A stretch of DNA of 64,000 nt from Batkoa obscura (Eukaryota). Positions 50,769-63,588 of this stretch are shown one piece after another. How positions within the stretch are numbered: position 1 is the stretch's first letter; each line of letters begins with the position of its first letter. The position numbers and the translations under genes are program-made. The notes beneath the pieces are model-generated. The model did not search any database, had not been told where the DNA came from, and saw nothing but the letters and a program-made list of their open reading frames with translations. The stretch lies in contig JASVEC010000002.1 of assembly GCA_030770535.1 (NCBI GenBank), positions 496,001 to 560,000 of the forward strand. Reading direction: 5' to 3'.

Positions 50769-53018
50769 TTAAGATTGTATCCTCGAGTTTATACTAATGC
50801 GCATGCGTTCTACAGCATCGCTAACAGTTAAATGTACATATCTTGATGCATTACTTACAATTGGTTCAATCTCATTACTTAAACCATTTACTTTGAGATC
50901 GCCTTCTTCAATTAGTTGAACATTAGCTTCGGTAGTTTGGTTATGGAAGCTTCGTGGCAAAATTGGAGCAACTGGACTTGTAACTCCAGAAAGCTCCAAA
51001 ACTTTCAATACTTGAGGATTAGTTGAAACAAAATGCATCTCGAAGAATTTGGTATCCTCGTTAAAGTTTAAAGAAGAAGAAGCAGAATTTTCTCCAGCAG
51101 CGCCTCCGATTTCAAATTCCTGATCTATATTCTCTTTGGAATTTACTTCAATTATCGTTTTATTGTCATCAACCCCAGCATATCTTGATAACATGTCTCT
51201 GATATCAAATAATCCTTGTAGTCCAGAAGAGTCGATTAAATTAACTGAACTAAAGTCAAAAATAACAGCTTTAAGGTATGTGAGGGACTTAGGATCTGGA
51301 GCAGCAATACCAGTTTGTTTTTCTCTTGCTGCTCTAAGCTTATTTCCTCTTACTTCTAAATCATCACACCATAATTTATCTTCCGGATTTACAACTACAG
51401 ATCCAGATCTAGTTACTTCCAAAACAACATCTAAAAGGCTATCTCTGATGTAGTCAATATTTGGAAATATTAATGATTCTTGAGGCTTAAAGATGAGCAC
51501 TCCTGGAAGAGGAGAGGATGTTTTATACCCTGGATGCTTTTGGTCAATAAATACTCCAGATCTTCCAACGACTTGAGCCAATAAATATAGATGTGGGCGT
51601 GCAATTTGATATACTAAAATAAGGAAAGCTAAACCTACTGAAGAGGCAATACCAATTTCTGCCCCTGCAAAAAACGTGGCTAAAGTTGCTAATAAAAATA
51701 CTAGACAATCACTTGGTTGAACTTTCCAAAGATCTAAAACAACTTTGTAGGAAGAAACAAGGGAAGAAGCGGAAACTATAATGATAGCGGAAAGGGTAGC
51801 ACTAGGTATATAGTAGAAAGCAGGGGTAAGGAAACCTAGAGCCATTAATACGACTGTACCTGTCCAAATCCCAGCAAAAGGAGTACGTACTCCAGACTGA
51901 GATTTTACTGCAGATCTTGAAAAGGAACCAGTTGCTGGAAAAGCACCAAAGAAAGAAGCAAAAAAATTACAAATACCCAAAGCAAAGAGTTCTTGAGAAG
52001 AAGAAACTTGGTAGCTAGATTGACGAGCAAAAGCTTTACATAAAGCAACATGTTCTAAAACACCAATAAGAGTAACTGGAATCAACTCCAATGCTACATC
52101 CGATAATAACTGTGGGTTAAGGTTAGGCACCCCAATGTAGTTAAATCCTTTTGGTACTTCTTTTACAATTTTCAATGTAAATTTTGGGTTGGAATTAAAT
52201 ACTAAGAATGAAATGATAGTGAAGATTAACACAGCAAGGCCATTAGAAGCAATTTTTAAAAATCTAATTGATGGATATTTTTTTGAAAATCTTTTAGAAA
52301 TGAAGTCCAGGATAAGGATGAAAGCTAATGAACTAAGTCCGAACACAAGGTCTCTCCAATTAAGATTTGGTATGTTTGTAAAAAAATTATAAATAATTGT
52401 GATAGTAGGATCGTTAGATGATACATTAGGGATACCTAATAAAGGAGCAGCCTGAGTAAGGATAATCGTGAATGCAGAGCCCGTAGTAAATCCAATGATA
52501 ACAGGATTGGGAATTAAATCAAGTAAAATACCAAGCCTAAATATACCCATGATAAAAGTTATCATAGATCCTAAAAAGGCCAGAGCAACGGCAATATCTA
52601 CCGCAGAAAATTGAGACCCATGATTTAACACTCTTGTAACTACAGAGCCCACGAGTAAAGATAATACAGCAGTAGGGCCAACCGAAATTTCTCTTGAAGT
52701 TCCCATAAGAGAATAAAGCATGACGCCCATAAAACCGGTATATAACCCATAGACTACAGGTAAATTAGCTAGTTTTGCATATGCTAAAGATTGAGGCACA
52801 ACCATAACGCCAACAGTTACACCAGCGATAAAGTCGCCTAAGAGCCATTTTCTATTATACTTGGTTGCCCATGAAAATATTGGAAAAAAAGATTTAAAGT
52901 AGGCTGGAGAGGCTTCTTTTACACGGTGAAGAGTACGGGATGTTTTTTCTTTAAAATTTAGTTCACCAAAGTAATTTCGTGCTTCAATATCATCTTTTAA
53001 TTTTAACTGCTCGTTCAT
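50769..53018 (-). CDS. SulP/SLC26 sulfate/anion permease, paralog 2 (intronless)
   Basis: Same motifs as paralog 1, including GPTA, ATGSFSRSA and the STAS domain. Confidence 0.95.
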   Translation of the reverse strand: MNEQLKLKDDIEARNYFGELNFKEKTSRTLHRVKEASPAYFKSFFPIFSWATKYNRKWLLGDFIAGVTVGVMVVPQSLAYAKLANLPVVYGLYTGFMGVMLYSLMGTSREISVGPTAVLSLLVGSVVTRVLNHGSQFSAVDIAVALAFLGSMITFIMGIFRLGILLDLIPNPVIIGFTTGSAFTIILTQAAPLLGIPNVSSNDPTITIIYNFFTNIPNLNWRDLVFGLSSLAFILILDFISKRFSKKYPSIRFLKIASNGLAVLIFTIISFLVFNSNPKFTLKIVKEVPKGFNYIGVPNLNPQLLSDVALELIPVTLIGVLEHVALCKAFARQSSYQVSSSQELFALGICNFFASFFGAFPATGSFSRSAVKSQSGVRTPFAGIWTGTVVLMALGFLTPAFYYIPSATLSAIIIVSASSLVSSYKVVLDLWKVQPSDCLVFLLATLATFFAGAEIGIASSVGLAFLILVYQIARPHLYLLAQVVGRSGVFIDQKHPGYKTSSPLPGVLIFKPQESLIFPNIDYIRDSLLDVVLEVTRSGSVVVNPEDKLWCDDLEVRGNKLRAAREKQTGIAAPDPKSLTYLKAVIFDFSSVNLIDSSGLQGLFDIRDMLSRYAGVDDNKTIIEVNSKENIDQEFEIGGAAGENSASSSLNFNEDTKFFEMHFVSTNPQVLKVLELSGVTSPVAPILPRSFHNQTTEANVQLIEEGDLKVNGLSNEIEPIVSNASRYVHLTVSDAVERMRISINSRIQS

Positions 53019-53893
53019 CGTTCGTTATAGATTATTAATTATTAATCAATAAAAAATATTGTTGTTAATATTCCAATTATTGATTTTTATAGTATAATTT
53101 TATTTCTCCTTATTTTTAACTAATGGTAGGGTCATAATATGAAAAGATTGTGCCATTTTATGTTTGAATTAGAACAAACAAATTGAAACAAAAGTTATAG
53201 ATTATAAATTTTTATTAAGAGTTGTTTTTATTTCTATTTAAAGGCAAAACTTGCTTAAAATCTAAATGAATTTGCTATTCTTGTGAATGATAAAGATCAT
53301 TAAGCTTTCTAATTTAATAATGATAATCAAATGTCCAAATAAAAATCACAAATGGTTCTAGATTAACTGTTATTTTTGTATATTTTATATGAGGTACAAC
53401 AATTTATTTGAGTCAACTTTGGGACAAAACAAAGAGATAATTAAAAATAAGATCTAGGATTAATGCTGTATACCAGTAGAAAAAACCTAACAAAAAGCTA
53501 AAGCCAATGTAAAATTAGCCCAATATCATCATTTTGTACTAATAGCACGTCATTTAACAGAATATAACCACCATCTTAGTGTTTTAACATCAAAACCTTA
53601 ATCAGGTGTATTAGAATAACCTATTCTGATTAATATATATATGTATTAAATGCATTCGGACATTTATCGGTTCATTAACCATGGTTTATTGCCTACCACA
53701 ATACACTATACGCCATATACTGTTAAAGTGTTTAATAGATATGATTAGGTAATAGTTCCAAATAAATATCAAATTAAGTTATTATTATAGCGCATTTATA
53801 TCATTTTACCATTTGTAGTTAGTTTGAGTTATCTGTGTAAAAAGAAGCTGTTCTTCTATTATTGTATTTCAGATTATATTTTTGTATTAATAT

Positions 53894-53988
53894 GTGTATG
53901 TACTTTTTTAAGAATTTTACTGACAATCTTTGTACTTAAAGAGTGCTTAAAAAATAGAAAAAGTGACGAAATCAAAAAAAACATCCGC
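53894..53988 (+). mobile_element. MITE copy (diverged)
   Basis: gtgtatgtac...catccgc. Confidence 0.75.
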
Positions 53989-54291
53989 ATTAGTGGTTAG
54001 GGCACTTATTGAATATTGTATTAGTTAAACTATATAACATTCATCAGAGCATGCTTAGTATACTATATTATTTATTAAATTACTATCATTTAATATTAAG
54101 GTTCACTTAATAGTTTAGACAATAAGTTATAGGGTGACCTAGAGACTTATCTTAACAGAGATATCTAAAACTGTTTAAAGCAATTATTATATATAAAGTA
54201 TAATGAAATGACTTTTAGCACTTTGATTTTTTTATGTATTTTTGAGAACCGCAAATGCAAATACTAATAGTAGAAATCATACATAATATAT

Positions 54292-54389
54292 GGGGATGTA
54301 TTTTTGTGTTTAAGAATTTCACTAATAATTTTTCCGCTTAAATAGCGCTTAAAAATGGAAAAAATAACGAAGTCAAAAAAAACACTCCC
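54292..54389 (+). mobile_element. ~100-bp MITE copy
   Basis: ATAT/ATAT TSD. Confidence 0.9.
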
Positions 54390-54473
54390 ATATCATTAAT
54401 AAAGAATTATTATTAATCAATTTTTTAGCATAATTAAACTCCATTTCTTTCTTTCTAAATAACAAAATAATTG

Positions 54474-54570
54474 GAGGATGTTTTTTTTTATTTCATTACT
54501 TTTTCCATTTTTAAGCGCTATTTGGGTGGAAACATTGTTAGTAAATTCTTAAATACAAAAATACATCCCC
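54474..54570 (-). mobile_element. ~100-bp MITE copy
   Basis: gaggatg...catcccc. Confidence 0.9.
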
Positions 54571-54734
54571 ATTTATTAAATACATTTATAAATAGAAAAT
54601 ATTTAATAAAATATTAAAAAAGTTTTTTATGAAATAATTTTCAAAATCAGCTAAAACTTTAATTTTATTCTTAATTAATAGTTTTTTAGTCAATTTTAAA
54701 TTATTATTAAAGTTTAAATAGTTTTTAAATAAAG

Positions 54735-55198
54735 TGTGAAATCTGGTACTCAAGGTTTGGAGTCAAGGACAGCTATTGCTGGGTTGACTACACTATAAGT
54801 CGAAAGGTCTTAGTTTATGTGACTAAGATAGACTTGGATTATGAGGAATAGCATGTAATAGGTTACAAGCTATATAAGACAGATAGAATAGACAATACTA
54901 ATGTAAAATCTACGTAAAATACTATTAAGAAAACTTAGTGGCTTTATTAAATGTTCGGGATATCAGGGAATAATTCAGTTAAAAAGCCTCGAGCTATTAT
55001 GTTTTAGAATCTCTTTTATACTCCAGTAAGTATAGATATCAAAACGAGGGGAGAATATTCCTTGAGATGAAGATAGAAATTCTCATAGCAAATCAAACCA
55101 AGAACGTGGAATTGATTTTCTCTGAACTCAAGAACATAACAGCTTAGGCGATTGTTATGCTATAATTAACCATGGGACTGACAAAGCGATATTTCACA
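54735..55198 (+). mobile_element. Solo-LTR-like element, copy C (464 bp)
   Basis: TGTGAAAT...ATTTCACA with a 4-bp AAAG/AAAG TSD. Confidence 0.82.
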
Positions 55199-55260
55199 AA
55201 AGTAATACAATTTAACGATAGCCTAGAAAGTTTAAAATCACTAATATAACTTGGTAATAT

Positions 55261-55358
55261 GGGGATATATTTTTGTGTTTAAGAATTTACTAACAATGTT
55301 TCCACCCAAATAGCGCTTAAAAAGTGGAAAAAATAATGAAGTCAAAAAAAACACTCCC
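55261..55358 (+). mobile_element. ~100-bp MITE copy
   Basis: ATAT/ATAT TSD. Confidence 0.9.
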
Positions 55359-55551
55359 ATATAGTTAATTTTTAGTTAATATTTTTTTTAACTATTTCTT
55401 TTTATAGATATAGTTTTGAAAAAGCTTATTAAGCTTTCAAATACCTTGTAGTTTATAAGTTTATTTATAATATTTTTTATTAATGTTGTATTATATTAAT
55501 ACTGAATTTTACTGATAATATTTAGTATAATATTTATTTTGTATATTATAT

Positions 55552-55647
55552 GGCAGTATTTTTTTTGACTTTCATCACTTTTTCTATTTTTTAAGTCCTA
55601 TTTGGGTGGGAAAGCTATTGATAAAATTCTTAAAAAAATACATCCCT
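55552..55647 (-). mobile_element. MITE copy (diverged)
   Basis: ATAT/ATAT TSD. Confidence 0.8.
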
Positions 55648-56537
55648 ATATTAAGTTTTTTATTTAAAACTTTAATAAAATAAAAATTAAACAAATATAA
55701 ATTGATAATTTATTACTTAGATAAAAAATTTATTTATTGTTTTTAATAAATATGATTTTGACAAAAATTTTATTGTATGTTATAGAAAATTTACACAGGT
55801 TATTTTTAGTATATTAAAGACTAACTTTACAAGCCATAAAACTTGAATAATCTCTATAAAATACACTATAGTTGTATAAAGTATAAGTTTGATAGTTTAT
55901 ACAATTTAACTATTAGAGTGCATTTCAACTTATCCTTATACTGTTTTTCCACTCTATTATTTTTATAATTTACTACACATCTACTAGTTTTCTCATAAAG
56001 CTACCAATTGTTTAGCTAATATCCAGTATTTTGCTAGTGGAGTAAAATATAACTTTAAATTTAATCATTTAATAGTAAAAGCGCTGAGCTTAATAATACA
56101 AGTTCTCAGTTTTCTTTAGAAATATAACGTAAAATCAACAACAATCTTTAATTTAAAAGCATTTCTATGTTTGTAAGCAAAATTACACACATCTATGAGT
56201 CCTTTAACCATGTGTTAGAAAAAAAGGAACACAACCTGGATATTAAAACAACTAACTTTATTGAGTAATAATTTAAATAATTATTTTTATTTCTTGAATT
56301 ATGAATTTATGATACTTCGGGGTAAAATTAACATTTAAAACTGCTATGATAGAATTTCTATATTTAAAATTTTAAAGCATAGCAAATGAATATGTTTAGT
56401 ACAAAACTCATTTATCAAATTCAGTAATACAAATTAGTGGAGAAAGAAAGGGAATTAAAAGACAACTCATAAGTAAATAAAGAAATACAAATAGGCATAT
56501 ATATAAACAGAAGATGGCAAGAATACATGATTAGAAA

Positions 56538-58772
56538 ATGTTGACAACTTTAAAATTTACCGATGACATACAAGAAAGAAAATACCATGGTGATTTAACA
56601 GCCAAAGAAAACGTTTATTTAATTATAAAACAAGCGAAGCGTGAAATACCAGACTATTTTAAATCTTTCTTCCCTATATTTAGTTGGCTTCCAAATTACA
56701 ATCGTAAATGGATATTACAAGATATGATAGCTGGAATCACTGTAGGAATCATGCTTGTTCCTCAATCTTTAGCTTATGCAAAACTAGCTAATTTACCATT
56801 AGCTTATGGCTTATACACCTCTTTCATATGTCCAATTTTATATCCGCTGATGGGCACCTCTAGGGAAGTCTCTGTTGGCTCTACAGCCATGTTGTCTCTA
56901 ATAATAGGCTCTACTATTACTAGAGTAACAAAAATTAATCCTGATTTTTCACCAGTAGATATTGCAGTTGCTTTGACTTTCTTAAGCTCTATTATTACGG
57001 CTATTTTGGGAATATTTAAGTTAGGAATCATTTTAGATTTAATACCAAAACCAGTAATTATGGGCTTTACTTCGGGTGCTGCTTTAACAATTATTTTAAC
57101 TCAAGTGCCTACCCTCCTTGGAATTCCAAATGTATCTTCAAGTGATTCAACTACAACTGTTATTTATAACTTATTTTCGAATATTCCTAAACTTGACTGG
57201 GTAGATTTAGTGTTTGGTTTGTGTTCTTTATCATTTATATTTACTTTGAATTTTGTATCTAAAACTCTAAGTCCAAAGTACCCAGTTATGAGATTCTTAA
57301 AAGGGCTTTCAATTGGTTTAACTGTGTTGATATTTACAATCATTTCGTTTGTGGTGTTTAAAACTCGACCCGATTTTGATTTGAAAATCGTTAAAACGGT
57401 ACCCCAAGGCTTTGGTTATATAGGAACGCCCAACCTTGACCCCAAGCTGTTAGCTGAAGTTTCTCTTGATTTATTGCCTGTGATTTTAATTGGGGTTTTA
57501 GAACATGTAGCTTTATGTAAAGCTTTTGCAAGACAAGCTAGTTATCAAATCTCATCTTCTCAGGAGTTATTTGCCTTAGGAGTCAGCAATTTATGCGCTT
57601 CATTCTTTTCAGCCTATCCTGCCACCGGCTCTTTTACAGGATCTGCCATAGTCGCACAATCAGGAGTTCATACCCCATTGGCTAGCTCTTTTACAGGAAT
57701 AGTTGTATTAATGGCAATAAGCTTCCTTACACCAGCCTTTTTTTATATCCCAAATGCTACTTTGGCTGCAATTATTGTTGTTTCGGCTTCTTCATTAATA
57801 TCTTCCTATAAGACTGTTTTTCATTTATGGAAAATTCAGCCTATGGATTGTTTAGTTTTTCTATTAGCAGCATTCGCTACATTCTTTGCAGGAACTGAGA
57901 TCGGTATTGGATCTTCCTTAGGCTTAGCTTTTTTAGTATTAATCTATCGCATTGCACGTCCACACCTTTATTTATTATCTCAAGTTATTAATCGAACCAA
58001 TGTATTTATTGACCATAAACATCCAGCTTATGACACTAAGTTTCCATTGCCTGGTGTTTTAATTTTCAAACCTCAAGAGTCTTTAATCTTTCCTAATATT
58101 GATTACTTTAAAACTTGTATTTTAGATTTAGTCCTAGAAGCTACTAAAAGTGGTGCTCCACCTACAAAATCCGAAAATAAATTATGGTGTGAAGATTTGG
58201 AACAAAGAGGGCATAAGCTTCGTAAATTACGTGAAGAAAAGACTGGAATTGCTGCTCCAAGTGTTGATTCTTTGCCTTTACTTAAAGCAATCATTTTGGA
58301 CTTTGGCTCTGTTAATCTCATCGATTCTTCTGGACTAGAAGGTTTATTCGATATCAGAGATACCTTATCCAAATACGCCGGGGTAGAAGCACTCAACAAA
58401 TCATCTCTAGAAAACAATAAAGAGCCTAAAAAACTGGACTCTATAGAAGAAATCAATGAAGAGTTTATAGAAAGCCCAAACAATCAATTAAATGATGTTT
58501 TTTTTGAAATTCACTTTGTATCCACTCATCCTCAAGTACTTAAAGTGTTAGAATTATCTGGAATTACTACTCCAGTTGCCCCAATCATCCTTCCTTCTGT
58601 AGTAAAGCATTTAACCGCAAATACTATGTCGGTTCAAGACAGTGTAATGACTACATCTAGTCTTGCAGCAGGTATTGAACCGATTGTAAGTAATGCTTCT
58701 TTATTTGTACATCTTACAGTAGGTGATGCTGTTAAAAGAATATGTAAAAGGATGGCCAAAAGTAGATCTTAA
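56538..58772 (+). CDS. SulP/SLC26 anion permease, paralog 3 (intronless; altered binding-site motifs)
   Basis: Collinear with paralog 1, but GPTA is GSTA and GSFSRSA is GSFTGSA. Confidence 0.95.
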   Translation: MLTTLKFTDDIQERKYHGDLTAKENVYLIIKQAKREIPDYFKSFFPIFSWLPNYNRKWILQDMIAGITVGIMLVPQSLAYAKLANLPLAYGLYTSFICPILYPLMGTSREVSVGSTAMLSLIIGSTITRVTKINPDFSPVDIAVALTFLSSIITAILGIFKLGIILDLIPKPVIMGFTSGAALTIILTQVPTLLGIPNVSSSDSTTTVIYNLFSNIPKLDWVDLVFGLCSLSFIFTLNFVSKTLSPKYPVMRFLKGLSIGLTVLIFTIISFVVFKTRPDFDLKIVKTVPQGFGYIGTPNLDPKLLAEVSLDLLPVILIGVLEHVALCKAFARQASYQISSSQELFALGVSNLCASFFSAYPATGSFTGSAIVAQSGVHTPLASSFTGIVVLMAISFLTPAFFYIPNATLAAIIVVSASSLISSYKTVFHLWKIQPMDCLVFLLAAFATFFAGTEIGIGSSLGLAFLVLIYRIARPHLYLLSQVINRTNVFIDHKHPAYDTKFPLPGVLIFKPQESLIFPNIDYFKTCILDLVLEATKSGAPPTKSENKLWCEDLEQRGHKLRKLREEKTGIAAPSVDSLPLLKAIILDFGSVNLIDSSGLEGLFDIRDTLSKYAGVEALNKSSLENNKEPKKLDSIEEINEEFIESPNNQLNDVFFEIHFVSTHPQVLKVLELSGITTPVAPIILPSVVKHLTANTMSVQDSVMTTSSLAAGIEPIVSNASLFVHLTVGDAVKRICKRMAKSRS

Positions 58773-59390
58773 CTATATAGTCAATCAGTTTTTTTGATAA
58801 ATGTCTCAATAGTCTACACTATTTGCTTTTTAATATAATATCTTCCACATTTTAACATATATGTCATAATTAAAAGCTAGTTGTATGGCTAAAACTGAAA
58901 TATAAACTAGTAGTAATTTTTTTAATCAAGTTGGGTGCTATCTCAAAAATTTGTTAAACACCTTATTAAAGAAAAGGTTAAAATTTTGAACTTATTACTT
59001 TAATATTAATAATTTTGTTATTTCATAATATTTTAAATAAAAAATATGAAGGTGCTACACCATTAAGGAAAAACCATTTATAATATTTTATTTATGTCTA
59101 AATGTTTTTTTAATTATAATTTTAAAATTACCTCTAATGTCTAAAAACAACCTGTATAATAAAAAATGCACTCTCATTATTAGGTAATAAATTCATTAAA
59201 ATGGTTTGATTTTAAAAATTAAGTTATATAATTAAATTGTATTTAATCAAAGTAAAATAAGTAAAATAAGTAAAATAATATTGAGGATAGATAAAATGTT
59301 GTCTAAAAAAAAGTACAGCTTATAAAAAAATGATATGGCTCCCCCCATATATAGTAGATGCGTTTTTGTTCTATTTTAATTGTTAACCAT

Positions 59391-60188
59391 TTATTTTCTT
59401 TTATTAACTATAGGAAGTTGGAGGGCGGACATGAGAAGTCTGGCATTAGGATCACGGTAAGAAGTGGTATTAAAAACGATATTAAAACCAGAAATATTAG
59501 GTATCATATCATAAATAATTTCTAAATCTGGGAATAAACCTACAGCAGAAGGTGGGAACCCTAAAGCTAAGTTACCTGTACCATCTCCAGATTGAGAAGA
59601 GAAGCCCTCCCATTCTTTAATTCTTGGTAATACTACTTCTACTAATTTATCTAAAAATGAATACATAGCCCCACCAGTTAAAGTAACTTGGCAACCAACT
59701 GGTTGACCTTTTCGTAGTTTCCATACAGCCACATTGGATTTTGATACTACTGTAGTTGCTTTTTCGCCAGTAATAGATTGTAACATAAGGTAAGCGGAAA
59801 GCAAAGCATATTTGTTAGTGATAGCTTCTTTCATCATAAGTTGTATTTCAATCTTTTCTAATTCTGGAATATTATTTGGACCTATCAATAAATCGGAAGG
59901 TCTCTTTGGTCGAATACTACCTTTTTTATGAATAATTTTTCCATCTTCATCAAATCTAGGACCTTGAAAACTTTCTCTTTTGTATGGTTGGTTTTGAGTA
60001 GCATCTACTTCTTTTCCAGGATATTGAAACTTCATGGCCATTAAATCTTCTTGTATAACATCATAATAAAAATCTTGCAATCTATTGTATCCTATGCTAC
60101 CCCCGCTTTTCACTTTATTCGCTGCATTACTAATGCTTCTATACCCTAATCTATGTGTCAATGGTTTTAGCAGTTTTGTAAAATTCAT
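59391..60188 (-). CDS. MRPL7: Mitochondrial ribosomal protein uL5m (MrpL7-like)
   Basis: QSITGEK...WKLRKGQPVGCQVTL...FLDKLVEVVLPRIKEW...GDGTGN; basic presequence. Confidence 0.92.
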   Translation of the reverse strand: MNFTKLLKPLTHRLGYRSISNAANKVKSGGSIGYNRLQDFYYDVIQEDLMAMKFQYPGKEVDATQNQPYKRESFQGPRFDEDGKIIHKKGSIRPKRPSDLLIGPNNIPELEKIEIQLMMKEAITNKYALLSAYLMLQSITGEKATTVVSKSNVAVWKLRKGQPVGCQVTLTGGAMYSFLDKLVEVVLPRIKEWEGFSSQSGDGTGNLALGFPPSAVGLFPDLEIIYDMIPNISGFNIVFNTTSYRDPNARLLMSALQLPIVNKRK

Positions 60189-60508
60189 TTTTTTATAGTT
60201 TTATTTTTTTAATTCAATTTAATTTTTTAAATTAGCTAGAATCATTTAGTATCATTATTATGGGTAAAATGGATTATTTTATTCTCCTTTAACCAATGAC
60301 TATTAATTAATGTTTGACCAATTAAATTTTAACAGAATTACTAAGCTTCCTTTCGTCATCATCTAATTGAAAAGCTATAGCTTAGAGATTTTATTTTTAT
60401 TTTTATTTAATTCAACTGATTTTTTTACGAAGCGGAGAGCAAATAAAGAAATTCAACAAAATATTACAGAAAGACAAACTCATTTTTAAAAGCAATTAAG
60501 TAAAAAAA
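60189..60508. promoter_or_regulatory. Short divergent (bidirectional) promoter region between MRPL7 and RPT6
   Basis: 320 bp between head-to-head start codons. Confidence 0.55.
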
Positions 60509-62028
<1,520 letters not shown>

Positions 62029-62423
62029 ATTTCAAGATTTTTTTATTAATGTTCCACTTATTTTTTTATTTAATTTAGAGTTTATTTTATAATGATATTA
62101 CTAATTTATACTGTTTATTATATTTAATGTGCCTATAACAAAATTTCGTTTTTGTATATTTTATATGCGCCTTTATTTTTGATATTTGTTTTAAATACAA
62201 TAATTTAAAACAAGATACTATTCTTAACTGAAACTTCTCAAAGTAAATAAACTTTTATAACATTAAAATTGAAACTTCACTTTAATTTTAAATATTATTT
62301 AAAATTTTGTTTTTTATGTTTCTAAAAATGTTATAAAAGTAAATTTTTGTTTGATAAGAACATCATAACTTGAAAGAATAAAATTATTTCTAATTTCAAT
62401 TTTTTTTATCAGATTCAATATAT

Positions 62424-62522
62424 GGGGATGTATTTTTGTGTTTAAGAGCTTTACTAATAATTTTTCCACTCGAATAGCACTTAAAGGATGGAAAAAGTAA
62501 TGAAATTAGAAAAAACATCCCT
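62424..62522 (+). mobile_element. ~100-bp MITE copy
   Basis: ATAT/ATAT TSD. Confidence 0.9.
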
Positions 62523-63347
62523 ATATGGAGTATGTTTTTTAGTATTTGATCAACAAAAAAGTTTTAATTTTACAGTGAACGCAAAATGAGTAAAAAAACA
62601 AAATAAGAGTGTTTCCAAATGGTTTTTTTTGATAGTTTGTGTTATATTCAGAATTTTAAAGTTTATTTAATTTTGTAATAGAAACATCATTATAAAAAAA
62701 ACTCAATCTAATAAATGAAATGCCTGTATATTGAGTAGCATTCATTTCTATTTAGTTTAATTTAGTATATTAATTTTAACTTTTAATAGCTAAATTTTAA
62801 GGTTATTAATTAAAATTTAGCTGTGTGTAAGTCAACATTGAAGATTAAAAATATATTTACTTTATTTTGATCATTATTTGATTTTTATTGAACCATTTTA
62901 ATATCTCTTTTACCGTCATTTCCTATTACATATATTATTTACTGTCAAACACATGTTTAAAAACTTCTATACTGATCCTTTTGAAATCCTTCTAATAAAA
63001 TCGATAATTTATTACAAACCTACTATTCAACACATTAAAATTATTATTTACAATCAATAATAAATAAAACCCAAGTATTAATATAATAATCTCATTAGTT
63101 TTGATAGACGTTATTTACTAAGTAAATTAATATAAAAACATCAAAATGTTTGTTTTCTTTATAAACTATTAAGTAATATTAAATGAAATTAAAAAACACT
63201 TAGTATTGACATTAATAAATATTATTATTCTTTTGGTTTTGTATTAATAAAATCAATACACCCTCACTATTTTACTTTTAAGATCTTTGAAATGAATAGC
63301 TATTGAGTCTATTTATTTGAAAATTATTAAGAATCTAAATAAAATAT

Positions 63348-63443
63348 GGAAATGTATTTTTGTGTTTAAGAACTTTACTAATAAATTTTCCAGTCATATA
63401 GTGATTAAAGATGGAAAAAGTAATGAAACCAAAAAACATCCCC
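63348..63443 (+). mobile_element. ~100-bp MITE copy
   Basis: ATAT/ATAT TSD. Confidence 0.85.
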
Positions 63444-63588
63444 ATATAGGGAAATATAAGAAAAAAACAACCAAAATTTTATTATTTGATAAATAATTTA
63501 TAATAGAAGATAGTGAGAAAAAGAGTGAGTTCCGCTCCTAATTCGCTAATATGTAGTGTAATCTTGTCATCAAAGTGTAACACTGTTT

